DNA of 64,000 bases from an uncultured Acidobacteriota bacterium (GTDB lineage Bacteria > Acidobacteriota > Blastocatellia > RBC074), in contig CAWCKY010000006.1 in NCBI GenBank assembly GCA_963796275.1, positions 128,001 through 192,000 of the forward strand, in the 5' to 3' direction. Below the pieces are notes generated by a model. It saw only the letters and a list, made by a program, of their open reading frames with translations, made no database searches and was not told where the DNA came from. The position numbers and the translations under genes were made by a program. Shown here one piece after another: positions 28,901 to 39,915 of this stretch; within the stretch, counting starts at the first letter, position 1; every line of letters begins with the position of its first letter.

Positions 28901-31900
28901 GCGATTCGTCAGGAGGCGCCCGCGACCCCCGCAATAGGGTGGAAGAGATTCTGGCCGGGGTCTGGGCTCAGGTTCTCGGCATTAAGCAGGTGGGAATACA
29001 CGATGACTTCTTCGAGATGGGCGGCGATTCCATTCTCAGTATTCAGGTAGTCAGCAAAGCTAATCAGGAGGGGCTGCGTGTAACTCCCAGGCATATCTTC
29101 CAGCATCCGACTATCGCCGAGCTGGCCTTGGTGGTGGATACAGCCGTGACGATCCAGGCCGAGCAGGGGCTGGTGAAGGGGCAATTCCCGCTGACGCCGA
29201 TCCAGCATTGGTTCTTTGAACAGAATCTTCCTGAACCGCATTATTGGAACCAGGCGATTTTGCTAGATGTGCGGCAGGCGCTGGACCCCTCGCTCTTGCA
29301 GCGGGCTGTCGGGCTATTGCTTGCGCATCACGACGCTCTGAGGCTGCGCTTCGAGCGATATGAATCGGGTTGGCGCCAGAACAATGCCGGATGGGATGAA
29401 GCGGATCGATCCTTGATCACATTCGCCCGCGTCGATCTGGCGGACGTTACCGAACGTGAACGAAGCGCGGCTATTGAAGCCAAGGCGGCAGAGTGGCAGG
29501 AGAGTTTGAATTTATCGCAAGGGCCGCTGCTGCGTGTGGTGCTCTTCGATCTCGGACCACGGCAATCCAGCCGTCTGCTGATCTTGATTCATCATCTGGC
29601 GATTGATGGAGTCGCCTGGCGCATCCTGGTGGAAGACTTGATGACCGCCTACCAGCAATTGAGCCGGGGCGAGAATGCGCAACTGCCGCCCAAGACGACT
29701 TCCTTCGGAGATTGGGCCCAAAAATTGGCGGCGTATGCGCGAACGACCGAGCTGAAACAGGAGTTGGGGTATTGGCTGGCACCGGCCCGCGTCAGGGTGC
29801 CTCGCCTGCCAATGGATTATCCGGAGGGGCCCTGGGCCAACACTGAAGTCTCCGCCCGCGTCGTGTCGGTCTCGTTGACCGTTGAAGAAACACAGGCTCT
29901 GTTGCATGAAATTCCGAGCGCATATCGGACTCAGATCAACGATCTATTATTGACGGCTCTCGCACAATCCTTCTCGCAAATGACCGAGTCGCGAGCGCTG
30001 TTGGTTGATCTGGAAGGCCACGGACGGGAAGCGATATTTGACGACGTGGACCTCTCGCGCACCGTGGGCTGGTTCACGGCGATCTTTCCGGTGCTCTTGA
30101 ATCTGGAAGCTTGGGAGCCGGGAGAGGCTTTAAAGTCGATCAAAGAGCAGCTTCGCGCCATTCCGAACCGAGGCGTCGGCTATGGTCTGCTGCGTTACTT
30201 GAGTGGAGATGAAGAGATCGCCGCGCAGTTGCGACAATTGCCGCAAGCCGAAGTGAGCTTCAACTATCTGGGCCAGTTCGATCAACTGCTGCCTGAAGGG
30301 GCGCTGTTCGGGCCAGCCACGGAATCCGTCGGGCCGGCACGTAGCCCGCGGGATCTCGCCGCTATCCGCTGGAAATCAATGCATTCATCACCGGAGGCAG
30401 ATTGCAGTTGGAGTGGACCTACAGCGAGCGCATTCATCGCCCCGAGACAATCGAATATCTGGCCCAAAGTTATGCTTCGGCCCTGCGCGCGCTCATCTCC
30501 CATTGCCTGTCTGCAGAAGCAGGCGGTTACACTCCCTCGGACTTCCCGCTGGCGAATTTGAAGCAGTCGAAGCTGGATTGGCTGACCGGCGCGGATCGCG
30601 AAATCGAAGACATTTATCCGCTGGCGTCCGTGCAGGAGGGGATGCTCTTCTACACTCTTTTAACGCCGGAGTCCGGAGCTTATGTCACTCAGATGATCTA
30701 TCAACTGGAAGGCTTAAACGTCGAAGCGATGAAGCGGGCCTGGCAACGGGTCTTGGACCGTCATCCGGTTTTGCGAACCGCCTTCGTCTGGAAGAACCTC
30801 GATAACCCGCTTCAGATAGTCCGCCGGCGGGTGGATTTGGGCATAGAGGAAGAAGACTGGCGCGGGATATCTCCTGATGAGCGAAAAGAGCGCTTTGACA
30901 ACTTTTTGAAAGCGGAGTCCTCGCGCGGTTTCCCGCTTTCCCAGGCGCCGCTGATGCGGATGACGCTTTTCCGGGCGTCGGAGACTAGCTATCAATTAGT
31001 CTGGACCTACCACCATCTATTACTTGACGGTTGGTCTGTGCCATTGCTGGTCAAAGAATTTCTGAGTTTCTATGAAGCTTTTGACAAAGGGCAGGAGTTA
31101 CAAGCGGAGCGCGGCCGTCCCTATCGTGACTATATCGAATGGCACAGGCGGCAAGCCCATTCCAGTGCTGAGGCGTTCTGGCGGAGGTTGCTCAAAGGCT
31201 TCGCCTCACCCACACCACTGGGGTCGCTCGGGGCGATAACGGATCAATCGCTGAAGGAGAGCGGGTATGCCGAGCAAGAAGTCAGGCTGGATGAAGCGAC
31301 GACGGACGCCCTTTATTTCTTTGTTCGAAGTCAGCGGCTGACCCTGAACATTCTATCGCAGGCGGTTTGGTCATTGATGTTGTCCCATTACAGCGGCAGC
31401 AAGGATGTTGTTTTCGGCGCTACCCTTTCGGGACGGCCGGTCGATTTACCGGGCGCGGAGACGATGATCGGTTTGTTCATCAACACGCTGCCGGTTAGGG
31501 CGCGAGTCGCGCCGGAGATGCCATTGACGCAGTGGCTGAGAGAACTGCAAGCGCAGCAAGCGGAGATACTGCCATATGAGAGCAGCCCGCTCAATGAGGT
31601 CCAGCGGTGGAGCGATGTTCCACAGGATAAGCCTCTGTTTGAAAGCATCGTAGTTTTCGAGAACTTTCCGATGGATGGCGTCCAGTCGCTCCAGGACCGA
31701 GGTCTGAAGTTTGTCAACACCGGCTTCATTATTAGGAACAACTTCCCTCTCACGCTGAGAGTCGTGCCTGGTTCACGGTTGTTATTGAATATTCTGTATG
31801 ACAACGGACGATTTGCGGCCGATACCATCGCCGGGGCGCTGGCGCAGTTTGAAATGCTGTTGCGGAACATCGTCGCTCAGCCCGAGGTCAAACTGTCAGA

Positions 31901-32045
31901 GTGCCTGGAAACGCTGGCCGAAGCCGACCGCCGCCGCCGGGGCATGAAAGAGGAAGAATTCAAAGCTGTCAGCCGTCAGAAATTGCGAAATATCAGGCGG
32001 AAAACGATGGACAGCACCCAATCGAGTAATGGTGATGAAAGGTAA
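25981..32045 (+). CDS. NRPS C(DCL)-A(Asn)-T-E-C(DCL); one apparent frameshift near 30350 joins track ORFs 25975..30561 and 30402..32045
   Basis: YPLSPLQQGMLFH and YHHLLLDGWS (DCL); code DATKIGEVGK (Asn); T GGDSI; E HHLAIDG/LEGHGRE/RTVGWFT. Adding one G at 30350-30352 restores SPRGSRRYPLEIN, which aligns with the paralogous E domains. Terminal C YHHLLLDGWS. Confidence 0.88.
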
Positions 32046-32052
32046 AGCATAT

Positions 32053-35000
32053 ATGTTCAGCTCTAGTGTAGAAGTACGAGATAAGAACATTGAAAAGGAA
32101 AGCAAGGCGACGATCGAGGGATTCAGGCTGTCCCCGCAACAGGCGCATCTGTGGTTGTTGCAGCAAGAGGCCCAATATCCACCTTACAATTCCGAATGTG
32201 TCGTGTTGATCAAGGGACCCCTGGATGCGCAGTTGTTAGAGGCGGTCCTCAATCAGGTCGTGAGGCGGCATGAAATCTTGCGTACCACCTTTCGCCGCTT
32301 GCCCGCGATGACCCTGCCACTACAGGTCATCTCCGAAAAGGGGCAGGTGATGATGCGGACTTGCAATTTGAACGGCCCGGTGGCTCACGCGCAAGAAGGC
32401 TCGATCGAATCATTACTTAAAGAGACCGGCCTTGACGAAGCCGGTCGGACGCCCTTCGATTTTGAACGGGGACCGATGTTGCAAACTACACTGGCGCGAC
32501 TCACGCCGGAGACGCATCTGTTGTCGCTCAGGCTGCCGGCGTTGTGCGCCGATGCGGCGTCGCTCGAAAATCTGGCGCGGGAAATCAGCCGCGATTACGC
32601 GGCTCACTTCAATGGCGCTGAGGCGCCCGATGAGCCGTCGCAATACGCCGATCTTGCCGAATGGCAGAATGAATTGCTGGAATCGGCGGAGACAAAGGCC
32701 GGCCGGGATTATTGGCGCGAGCGATCGTTGGCTGCGCCTCTCGTCGCGCCTCTTCCTTTTGAAAATCGGCGCGCGGAAAAGAATAAGACCGGATCGGCGC
32801 TGGGCCGCTTTACCCCGCGATCTCTGCCGGCCGCGGTGGATCCGGATCTGGCGGCGCAAATCGCAGCATTGGCTCATAGACACGGAACTTCAATCAAGAT
32901 CGTACTGCAAGCCTGCTGGCAAATCCTGCTCTGGCGCGGCGCCGGAGAGATTCCCATCGGCGTCTCTTACGACGGTAGAAATTATGAAGGGCTGCAAGAC
33001 GCACTGGGATTGTTTGTACGCTTCCTGCCAATAAATTGCCACCTGGAAGAAGACTTCACATTCGTTGAGGTTCTGAACCAACTCGGTGAATCGGCGCGTG
33101 AGGCGCAGGCGTGGCAGGAATGCTACACCTGGGAACAGAAAGATGATAACGGTCTTACATTCTTCCCGCTTTGTTATGAATACTCGGACCTGCACACCGG
33201 CTATCAAGCAGGTTCGAGCGCTTTTTCAGTCGTGCATCTGTCCGCTTGCACGGACCGTTTTAAACTCAAGCTCGCCGCGCTCCATCATGCCGATCGCTTG
33301 ATCCTGGACATCCACTACGACGCCGACCTCTTCACGCGCGATGACATCGCCCTACTGGCTCGGCAGTATCTGACTTTACTCGGCAACGCCGTCGCGGCTC
33401 CCGGCGCCGCGCTCGAGGAGTTGAGCCTGCTCGGAGAGACACAGCGGGAGCGTATCCTGCGCCAGTTCAATCCGGCGCCCACCAGCTTCTCGCCCCGTCC
33501 CATCCATCATCTAATCGAGGCTCAGGCAGCGCTCAGGCCCGAAGCCACGGCGGTGGTGGTGGAAGACCAGCAACTGAGTTACGGCGAACTCAACCGTCGC
33601 GCCAACCAACTGGCCCATCACTTGCAAATGCTGGGCGTCGGTCCTGAAGAGGTGGTGGGCTTGAGCCTCGAACGCTCGGTGGAGTTGGTGGTGGGGATGC
33701 TGGCGATTCTGAAAGCTGGAGGGGCATACCTGCCGCTGGACCCGGCTCTGCCGGCCGAGCGGCTGGCGGGCATGATGGCGGCCGCGAGGCCGCGGGTGGT
33801 GGTGACGCAGGAGAGATTGCGGATAGGGGATTGGGCGGCCTCCACCACAGAAAATGATGACTGGGGATTGGGGGCTGAGGACTGGGAATGTACAGATATG
33901 TTGCGCCAGCTCCGAGTCCCCATATTCGTTGTATCCGGGCGTCGCGCACGAGCAGAAGGGTCCACGGCAATCCTCAATCCGCAATCTGCAAACCGCAAAC
34001 CCGTGATGGTTTGTCTGGATGCGGAGGGGGAGATGATAGGGAGTGAAAGCGATGAAAACCCCGGCAGCCAGGTGGGGCCGGAGCATCTGGTTTACGTGCT
34101 GTTCACCTCGGGTTCGACCGGGAGGCCGAAAGGAGTGGCGGTCGAGCACCGGCAGCTGCACGCATATCTGGAAGGAGTGCGGGAGCGGTTGGGACTGCCG
34201 GAAGAGGCGAGCTATGCGACGGTGACGACCTTCGCGGCCGATTTGGGGCACACGGCGATCTTTCCGGCGCTGTGCGGGGGAGGGACGCTGCACGTGGTGA
34301 GTAAGGAGCGAGCGGCAGACGCGTGGGGGATGAGTGAGTATTTCAGGCGGCATCGGATCGACTGCCTGAAGATAGTGCCGTCGCACTTGAAGGCGCTGTT
34401 GGGGGTGAAGGATGGGGCGCAGGCATTGCCTGGGCGGCGGCTGGTGTTGGGGGGAGAAGCGTCGAGCTGGGAGTTGATCGGGCGTGTGCGGGGGTTGGCG
34501 CCGGAGCTGAGGATAATGAATCACTACGGGCCGACGGAGACGACGGTGGGAGTGTTGACCTGTGAGGTGGAGCAAGAGGGAGAGCAAGAGAGTGGGAATG
34601 TGCCGTTGGGGCGACCGCTGAAGGGAGCGCGGGTGTACGTGCTGGACCGGCGGATGGAGCCAGCGGCGGTGTGGGTAGTGGGAGAGGTGTACGTGGGAGG
34701 GGAGCAGGTGGCGCGCGGCTATTTGAATGAAGCGGAGCAGACGGCGGTGCGATTCGTGCCGGATCCATACAGTGAGGAGGAGGGGAAGAGGTTGTACCGG
34801 ACGGGAGATTTGGGGAGGTACATGCCGGATGGACGAGTGGAGTTTCTGGGACGAGCGGATGATCAGGTGAAGATAAGAGGGTACCGGATCGAGTTGGGAG
34901 AGATCGAGGAGGCGCTCAAAGAGCATGCGGGAGTGGGAGAGAGCGTGGTGGTGATAAGCGAGAGCGCGGATGGGGAGAAGCGGCTGGTGGCGTATGTGGC

Positions 35001-36906
35001 GGCGAGAGAGGGGATGGAGATCGAGGGGAGCGAGTTGCGGCGATATATGAGTGAGAGATTGCCCGAGTACATGGTACCTGGAGCGATAGTGAAGTTGGAG
35101 CGGATGCCGTTGACGGCGAACGGGAAGTTGGATCGAGGGGCGTTGCCGGAGCCTGAGAGTGAGATGGAGGGAGAGTATGTGGCGCCGCGGACGCAGATCG
35201 AAGAACTGGTAGCCGGCGCCTGGGCCGAGGTTTTAAAGCTAGATGAGATTGGTGCTCACGATGATTTTTTCGAATTGGGCGGGCACTCTCTGCTGGTTAC
35301 CCGCGTCGCTTCTCGTTTGTCCGAAGCCATTCAGATAGAGATCCCTTTTCAAATCTTCTTCGAGAAGCGGACGGTGGCCGAGCTCGCCGAGAGCATCGAG
35401 GCAGCCCTTCGAGGAGAACAAGGTTTGCGAATGCCGCCCATACTGCCGGTAGCGCGAGATCGGGAATTACCTCTCTCTTTCGCCCAGCAACGGCTCTGGT
35501 TTTTCGATCAATTGGAGCCGAACAGCTCCGCCTACAACATTCAAGATGCGGTTCGCCTCGCGGGGCGGCTCGACTCGCGAGCCTTGGAGCAAACGCTCAG
35601 TGAGATCGTGCGGCGCCATGAGGTCTTGCGAACCAGTTTCCCGGCGGTCAACGGGCGTCCGGCGCAGGTGATCGCCGAAGCCAGGCCGATGAGGTTGCCG
35701 ATAGTCGATCTAAGCGATCTGCCGCAGTCGCAACGGGAGGCTGAAGCGAGTCGGCTTGTTGCGGAGGAGGCCGTGCGGCCCTTCCGCTTGGATCAGGGAC
35801 CGTTGTTGCGAGGCGGATTATTAAGGCTCCAGGAGGATGATCACATCCTGATATTCACAGTGCATCACATTATCAGCGATGCCTGGTCAATGGGCGCGCT
35901 GGTTCGAGAAGTGGCGGCGCTCTACGCGGCTTTCTCCGCAGGGAGCCCCTCGCCCTTGCTCGAGCCACGCGTCCAGTACGCGGACTACGCGCATTGGCAG
36001 CGCGAGTGGTTGCGCGGAGAGGTTCTGGATCGTCATGTGTCTTACTGGAAGGAACGGCTCGACGGCATTCCAGCGGCGCTGCTACTGCCCACCGACCGGC
36101 CCCGACCGGCGACGCAGACGTTTCGCGGCGAGCGGCATTTCCTGGAGCTTTCTCGACCGATGACCGATGCCATCAAAGCGCTGAGCCGCCACGAAGGTGC
36201 GACTCTTTTCATAACACTGCTGGCGGCCTTTAAAGTTCTGATGCGCTACTACGCTTCGCAGGACGACATCGTGGTGGGGACCAACGTCGCCAATCGCAAT
36301 CACTCTGAGACCGGGGACATGGTGGGGTTCTTCGTCAACCAGCTGGTGTTGCGCTCCGATCTGTCGGGCGATCCAGGGTTTCGAGAGTTGCTGAGCCGCG
36401 TTCGTCGCGTAGCGTTGGAAGCGTACAGTCATCAGGACCTGCCTTTTGAGAAGCTGGTTGAAGAGCTACAGCCGCGCCGAGATATGAGCCGCTCGTTGTT
36501 GTTTCAGGTCAAATTCGAGATGCAAGAAGGCATCAGTCGCATCCTCGAGCTTCCGGGCTTGACGCTGTCACCTATGGAGAGCGAGCACAAAGTGGTGAGA
36601 CACGATCTGCACCTTTCAATGTGGGAGCGCGAGCAAAGGTTGAGCGGCGCGTTGCAGTACAACATCGACCTCTTCAGCGCCGGCGCGATAGAGAGGATCG
36701 CGCGCGATTTCGTTGCCCTTCTTGAAATGATCATGGAAGAGCCGGACGCCAGGCTGAGTGTGTTGGAAGAAAGGCTGCTTGAAAAGGGCAGGCACCAAAA
36801 GATGAAGGAAGAGAAAGAATTGGAAGAAGCCAGCCTGAAGATGCTGAGAAGCAAGAGACGAAAAGCCGCATTAAGCGCGAAGGATAGCCAATATCCTATA
36901 TCTTGA
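32053..36906 (+). CDS. NRPS I-A(Asp)-T-C(LCL); start uncertain (32029 or 32053)
   Basis: TIEGFRLSPQQAHLW; RLPALCADAAS replaces HHxxxDG; code DLTKVGHVGK (Asp); T FFELGGHSL; terminal C VHHIISDAWS. Confidence 0.9.
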   Translation: MFSSSVEVRDKNIEKESKATIEGFRLSPQQAHLWLLQQEAQYPPYNSECVVLIKGPLDAQLLEAVLNQVVRRHEILRTTFRRLPAMTLPLQVISEKGQVMMRTCNLNGPVAHAQEGSIESLLKETGLDEAGRTPFDFERGPMLQTTLARLTPETHLLSLRLPALCADAASLENLAREISRDYAAHFNGAEAPDEPSQYADLAEWQNELLESAETKAGRDYWRERSLAAPLVAPLPFENRRAEKNKTGSALGRFTPRSLPAAVDPDLAAQIAALAHRHGTSIKIVLQACWQILLWRGAGEIPIGVSYDGRNYEGLQDALGLFVRFLPINCHLEEDFTFVEVLNQLGESAREAQAWQECYTWEQKDDNGLTFFPLCYEYSDLHTGYQAGSSAFSVVHLSACTDRFKLKLAALHHADRLILDIHYDADLFTRDDIALLARQYLTLLGNAVAAPGAALEELSLLGETQRERILRQFNPAPTSFSPRPIHHLIEAQAALRPEATAVVVEDQQLSYGELNRRANQLAHHLQMLGVGPEEVVGLSLERSVELVVGMLAILKAGGAYLPLDPALPAERLAGMMAAARPRVVVTQERLRIGDWAASTTENDDWGLGAEDWECTDMLRQLRVPIFVVSGRRARAEGSTAILNPQSANRKPVMVCLDAEGEMIGSESDENPGSQVGPEHLVYVLFTSGSTGRPKGVAVEHRQLHAYLEGVRERLGLPEEASYATVTTFAADLGHTAIFPALCGGGTLHVVSKERAADAWGMSEYFRRHRIDCLKIVPSHLKALLGVKDGAQALPGRRLVLGGEASSWELIGRVRGLAPELRIMNHYGPTETTVGVLTCEVEQEGEQESGNVPLGRPLKGARVYVLDRRMEPAAVWVVGEVYVGGEQVARGYLNEAEQTAVRFVPDPYSEEEGKRLYRTGDLGRYMPDGRVEFLGRADDQVKIRGYRIELGEIEEALKEHAGVGESVVVISESADGEKRLVAYVAAREGMEIEGSELRRYMSERLPEYMVPGAIVKLERMPLTANGKLDRGALPEPESEMEGEYVAPRTQIEELVAGAWAEVLKLDEIGAHDDFFELGGHSLLVTRVASRLSEAIQIEIPFQIFFEKRTVAELAESIEAALRGEQGLRMPPILPVARDRELPLSFAQQRLWFFDQLEPNSSAYNIQDAVRLAGRLDSRALEQTLSEIVRRHEVLRTSFPAVNGRPAQVIAEARPMRLPIVDLSDLPQSQREAEASRLVAEEAVRPFRLDQGPLLRGGLLRLQEDDHILIFTVHHIISDAWSMGALVREVAALYAAFSAGSPSPLLEPRVQYADYAHWQREWLRGEVLDRHVSYWKERLDGIPAALLLPTDRPRPATQTFRGERHFLELSRPMTDAIKALSRHEGATLFITLLAAFKVLMRYYASQDDIVVGTNVANRNHSETGDMVGFFVNQLVLRSDLSGDPGFRELLSRVRRVALEAYSHQDLPFEKLVEELQPRRDMSRSLLFQVKFEMQEGISRILELPGLTLSPMESEHKVVRHDLHLSMWEREQRLSGALQYNIDLFSAGAIERIARDFVALLEMIMEEPDARLSVLEERLLEKGRHQKMKEEKELEEASLKMLRSKRRKAALSAKDSQYPIS
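33253..35225 (+). repeat. I-end/Asp A-domain repeat, copy 1 (almost identical to 44283-46255)
   Basis: Constant offset of 11030; only a few differences seen by eye (e.g. agggacgctg vs aggaacgctg). Confidence 0.95.
33814..34000. repeat. Nested heptamer inverted-repeat insertion (~60 codons) in frame in the Asp A domain; duplicated at 44844-45030
   Basis: Outer arms agattgcggataggggattg / caatcctcaatccgcaatct (18/20 complementary); inner gactggggattgggggctgaggactggg / gagtcccca. It sits between VVTQER and MVCLD. Confidence 0.82.
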
Positions 36907-36942
36907 AATCTATATCTTCATATCTCAGCCCTGAAAAGAAGA

Positions 36943-38757
36943 ATGTATATCCTAAGTATTTCCGGCCACCATCACGACGCGGCGGCTGCGCTTCTTAAGG
37001 ATGGCTGCGTCATCGCCGCCATTGAAGAGGAGAAACTCGCCCGCATCAAGCGCGTCGGAATGAATCAGTGCGGCGGCCTGCCCTATAAAGCTATTAAATA
37101 TTGCCTGGCGGAGGCCGAGATAGGGATCGAGGATGTCGATTACGTTACGTATTACCTCAAGCCACAGCGCTTATTGCGTCGGCAGTATAAGCTCAATGAG
37201 CGGTTTGCGCGGGGCAGCCTTTCTGAGTTGGGCGACCGCAACGCCGCCAGCGTCCATGAGTTTCGCGACAGGATGTGGACGCGGCGACTGATCAAGCGAT
37301 TGTTGAGCGAATCCTCGAAGGTCTTCGCCGTGGATCATCAGCTTGCCCATGCGGCCAGCTCTTTCTATATGTCCGGCTTTGACCGCGCCGCTATTTTGAC
37401 GCTCGGCGGGAGGGGAGATCTGACCCCGATCGCATCGGGGATCGGCGAAGGAGGGAAGATTCGTCTTTTCAACCGCATCGAATTTCCCAACTCCCTGGGC
37501 TGGGTCTACAGCCTGGTGACGGAATATCTCGGCTTTCATTCCAACGGCGGAGAGCACAAGACGCAATGGCTCAGCGTAACCGGCGAGCCGGAATTCCTTC
37601 CGGCCTTCGGTGACCTGATCAGACTTGATAAAACCGGCATTCCGGCGGTGGAGACTTCCTACTTTGCCACTTCCTTCGAAGAGCCGAGCGAAAAGCCGGG
37701 CGAAGGGCCGGATCCGTTTTCAGAGGCGTTCTATCGAAGATTTGGCGACTGTTTGCGGTGGAAAGATCGGCGGTTCAATGGAGCGAGGCGATGCTCCTGG
37801 GTGGAGAGAATCGAAGATTTGAGCCTGGAATCCCGAATTGGGCCGCGGGCGCCCAGCTATTGCCGGAACCTGGCTCACAGTCTTCAACAGCGCTTGGAGC
37901 AAGTCGTCCTGGCATTGGCGGAGAATGTCCGGTTGAAGTCGGGGGTGAATTCTTTATGCCTCGCCGGCGGAGTCGCCCTCAACAGCCTGCTCGTGTCGAG
38001 GCTGGTGCGAGAAAGCGGCTATAAACACGTGTTCGTTCAACCAGCGGCCGGGAACGCCGGTTGCAGCCTGGGCGCGGGGCTCTTCCTCTGGCATCACCAG
38101 CTTAACGGAGGCGAGCCCCATCCGCTGGAGCACGTCTTCTTCGGACCTCAGTATTCGGACGAGGAGGTGAAGCCGGTTCTCGACAATTGTAAGTTGATCT
38201 ATCGCTGCATTGTCAGCGATGAAAAGCTCCTGGGCGAGACGGTCGAACTGCTCAGGAAAGGAAACATCGTCGCGTGGTTTCAAGGCCGCGCCGAATTCGG
38301 GCCTCGCTCGCTCGGCGCCAGAAGCATCCTGGCCAGCCCGTTGCAGGATTACATGAAAGAGAACCTCAATCTGTTCGTGAAACATAGAGAGGCATTCTGC
38401 CCATTCGCGGCCTCGATCCCGGAAGAGAGGGCGGGGGAATTCTTCGAGAGCTGCGGCCCGCTGTCGCGGTTTCTCCTCACCGTCTCGCGGGTCAGAGACG
38501 AGAAGCGCCATCTGATTCCCGCCGCTTATTTTGCCAGCGGACTCGCACGCGTCCATACGGTGAGTCGTAAGACAAACCCGCTCTTTTGGCGGTTGCTCAA
38601 TAAGTTCGGTGAGATGACGGGTGTTCCTATTCTCCTCAACACGTCATTCAACCTCTTCGGCGAGCCGGTTGTTTGCACGCCTCGGGAAGCGGTTCGCGGA
38701 TATTCCTGTTCAGGGATAGATGCGCTGGTGATCAATAGATTCCTTCTCCGGAAATAA
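36943..38757 (+). CDS. NodU/CmcH/TobZ-family carbamoyltransferase (atypical active-site residues)
   Basis: HHDAAAALLKDG, EEEKLARIK, DHQLAHAASSF, LAGGVALNS, WFQGRAEFGPRSLGARSILA, LLNTSFN...GEPVVCTP. Confidence 0.88.
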   Translation: MYILSISGHHHDAAAALLKDGCVIAAIEEEKLARIKRVGMNQCGGLPYKAIKYCLAEAEIGIEDVDYVTYYLKPQRLLRRQYKLNERFARGSLSELGDRNAASVHEFRDRMWTRRLIKRLLSESSKVFAVDHQLAHAASSFYMSGFDRAAILTLGGRGDLTPIASGIGEGGKIRLFNRIEFPNSLGWVYSLVTEYLGFHSNGGEHKTQWLSVTGEPEFLPAFGDLIRLDKTGIPAVETSYFATSFEEPSEKPGEGPDPFSEAFYRRFGDCLRWKDRRFNGARRCSWVERIEDLSLESRIGPRAPSYCRNLAHSLQQRLEQVVLALAENVRLKSGVNSLCLAGGVALNSLLVSRLVRESGYKHVFVQPAAGNAGCSLGAGLFLWHHQLNGGEPHPLEHVFFGPQYSDEEVKPVLDNCKLIYRCIVSDEKLLGETVELLRKGNIVAWFQGRAEFGPRSLGARSILASPLQDYMKENLNLFVKHREAFCPFAASIPEERAGEFFESCGPLSRFLLTVSRVRDEKRHLIPAAYFASGLARVHTVSRKTNPLFWRLLNKFGEMTGVPILLNTSFNLFGEPVVCTPREAVRGYSCSGIDALVINRFLLRK

Positions 38758-38812
38758 CGGAAGAGGAAATTCTGCAAACCAACAACCTGGAGCAAGAAGG
38801 AGGAGAAAGACT

Positions 38813-39829
38813 ATGGTTAATACGGAGCAAATCAGACTGGACGAGCAACCGTCACAACGGCCCGTCCTTTACACCAATGCGAGAAATGGAGCGCCGGCGG
38901 TAAGACACCTGCTCTCCCTGGCGGAACTGGGGGAGGCGGAACTCGCCCGTCTGGTGGATCGATCCATAAAGTTCGCGGAGACCCGCGGCGAGGGGCCGAA
39001 ACCACTGACCGACAAGATCGTCGGTATATACTTTCGTAAACCGTCCACTCGCACCCGCAGCTCGTTTACCGTCGGGGCGATGAAACTCGGCGCGCGAACC
39101 ATCGCCTACGGCCCGAATGACCTGCAACTGGTCACTGGCGAAACCATCGAAGATACGGCTCGGGTCTTGTCTGGCTACCTGGACGCGCTCGTCATCCGCA
39201 CCAACGGCAGCATCGCCGAGATGCGGGATTTGGCCGATCAGAGCGAAATGGCTGTGATCAACGCCATGAGCGAGAATGAGCATCCCACGCAAGCGATCGC
39301 CGATCTGGCGACGATCAAAGAGCGGTTCGGCCGGCTGGCGGACATTCATATCCTCTACCTCGGCGAGGGCAACAATACGGCTACCGCGTTGGCGCTCGCC
39401 GTCGCCCAAACGCCTGGCATGAGGGTCACATTCGTGACTCCCGAAGGTTACGGCCTGTCGGAGCCGTTCCTGGAAGAGGCTTGCCAGTTGGCAGGCAAAC
39501 ACGGCGCAATGATCGAGCATCATCACAGCCCGGACGAACTGCCTAGAAACGTCGACGCCGTCTACGCCACGCGCTGGCAAACCATGGGCGAGACTCATTC
39601 CGATTTGAACTGGCGCGAGAAGTTCTGGTCCTACCGCGTCACTCCGGCAGTGATGGCGAAGGTCTCTCAACCCGACACAGTCTTTCTACACGACCTGCCC
39701 GCAGTGCGCGGCGAGGATGTTGATTCCGAAGTGCTCGACGGCCCGCAGAGCCTCGCCTGGCAACAGGCGCGCCATAAGATGTTCAGCGCCATGGCCGTCC
39801 TGGAATGGTGTTTGGCTGCCGGAGCCTAA
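38813..39829 (+). CDS. Ornithine-carbamoyltransferase-like N-transcarbamylase, probably acting on 2,3-diaminopropionate (VioL/ZmaT-like)
   Basis: STRT and HPTQ carbamoyl-phosphate motifs; WQTMG and HDLP in place of SMG/HCLP; adjacent to sbnAB. Confidence 0.85.
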   Translation: MVNTEQIRLDEQPSQRPVLYTNARNGAPAVRHLLSLAELGEAELARLVDRSIKFAETRGEGPKPLTDKIVGIYFRKPSTRTRSSFTVGAMKLGARTIAYGPNDLQLVTGETIEDTARVLSGYLDALVIRTNGSIAEMRDLADQSEMAVINAMSENEHPTQAIADLATIKERFGRLADIHILYLGEGNNTATALALAVAQTPGMRVTFVTPEGYGLSEPFLEEACQLAGKHGAMIEHHHSPDELPRNVDAVYATRWQTMGETHSDLNWREKFWSYRVTPAVMAKVSQPDTVFLHDLPAVRGEDVDSEVLDGPQSLAWQQARHKMFSAMAVLEWCLAAGA

Positions 39830-39915
39830 GGCCTGGGTAAGGGCCGTAGAAATTGGAAATGGGAGAAAAACTTTTTCCATTTCGCGGTCCGCTGAAGGTT
39901 GGGGTGAAGAAAATT

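Noticed and set aside
38813-39829. Housekeeping argF
   Set aside because: The HDLP/QTMG variants and the position beside sbnAB point to a pathway-specific transcarbamylase, so no gene symbol is given.
36890-39885. Short ATATCTT-like run at 36890-36925 and GGAAATG hairpin at ~39848-39883 as terminators
   Set aside because: They are too degenerate and lack a clear U-tract; they are probably decayed members of the heptamer repeat family.
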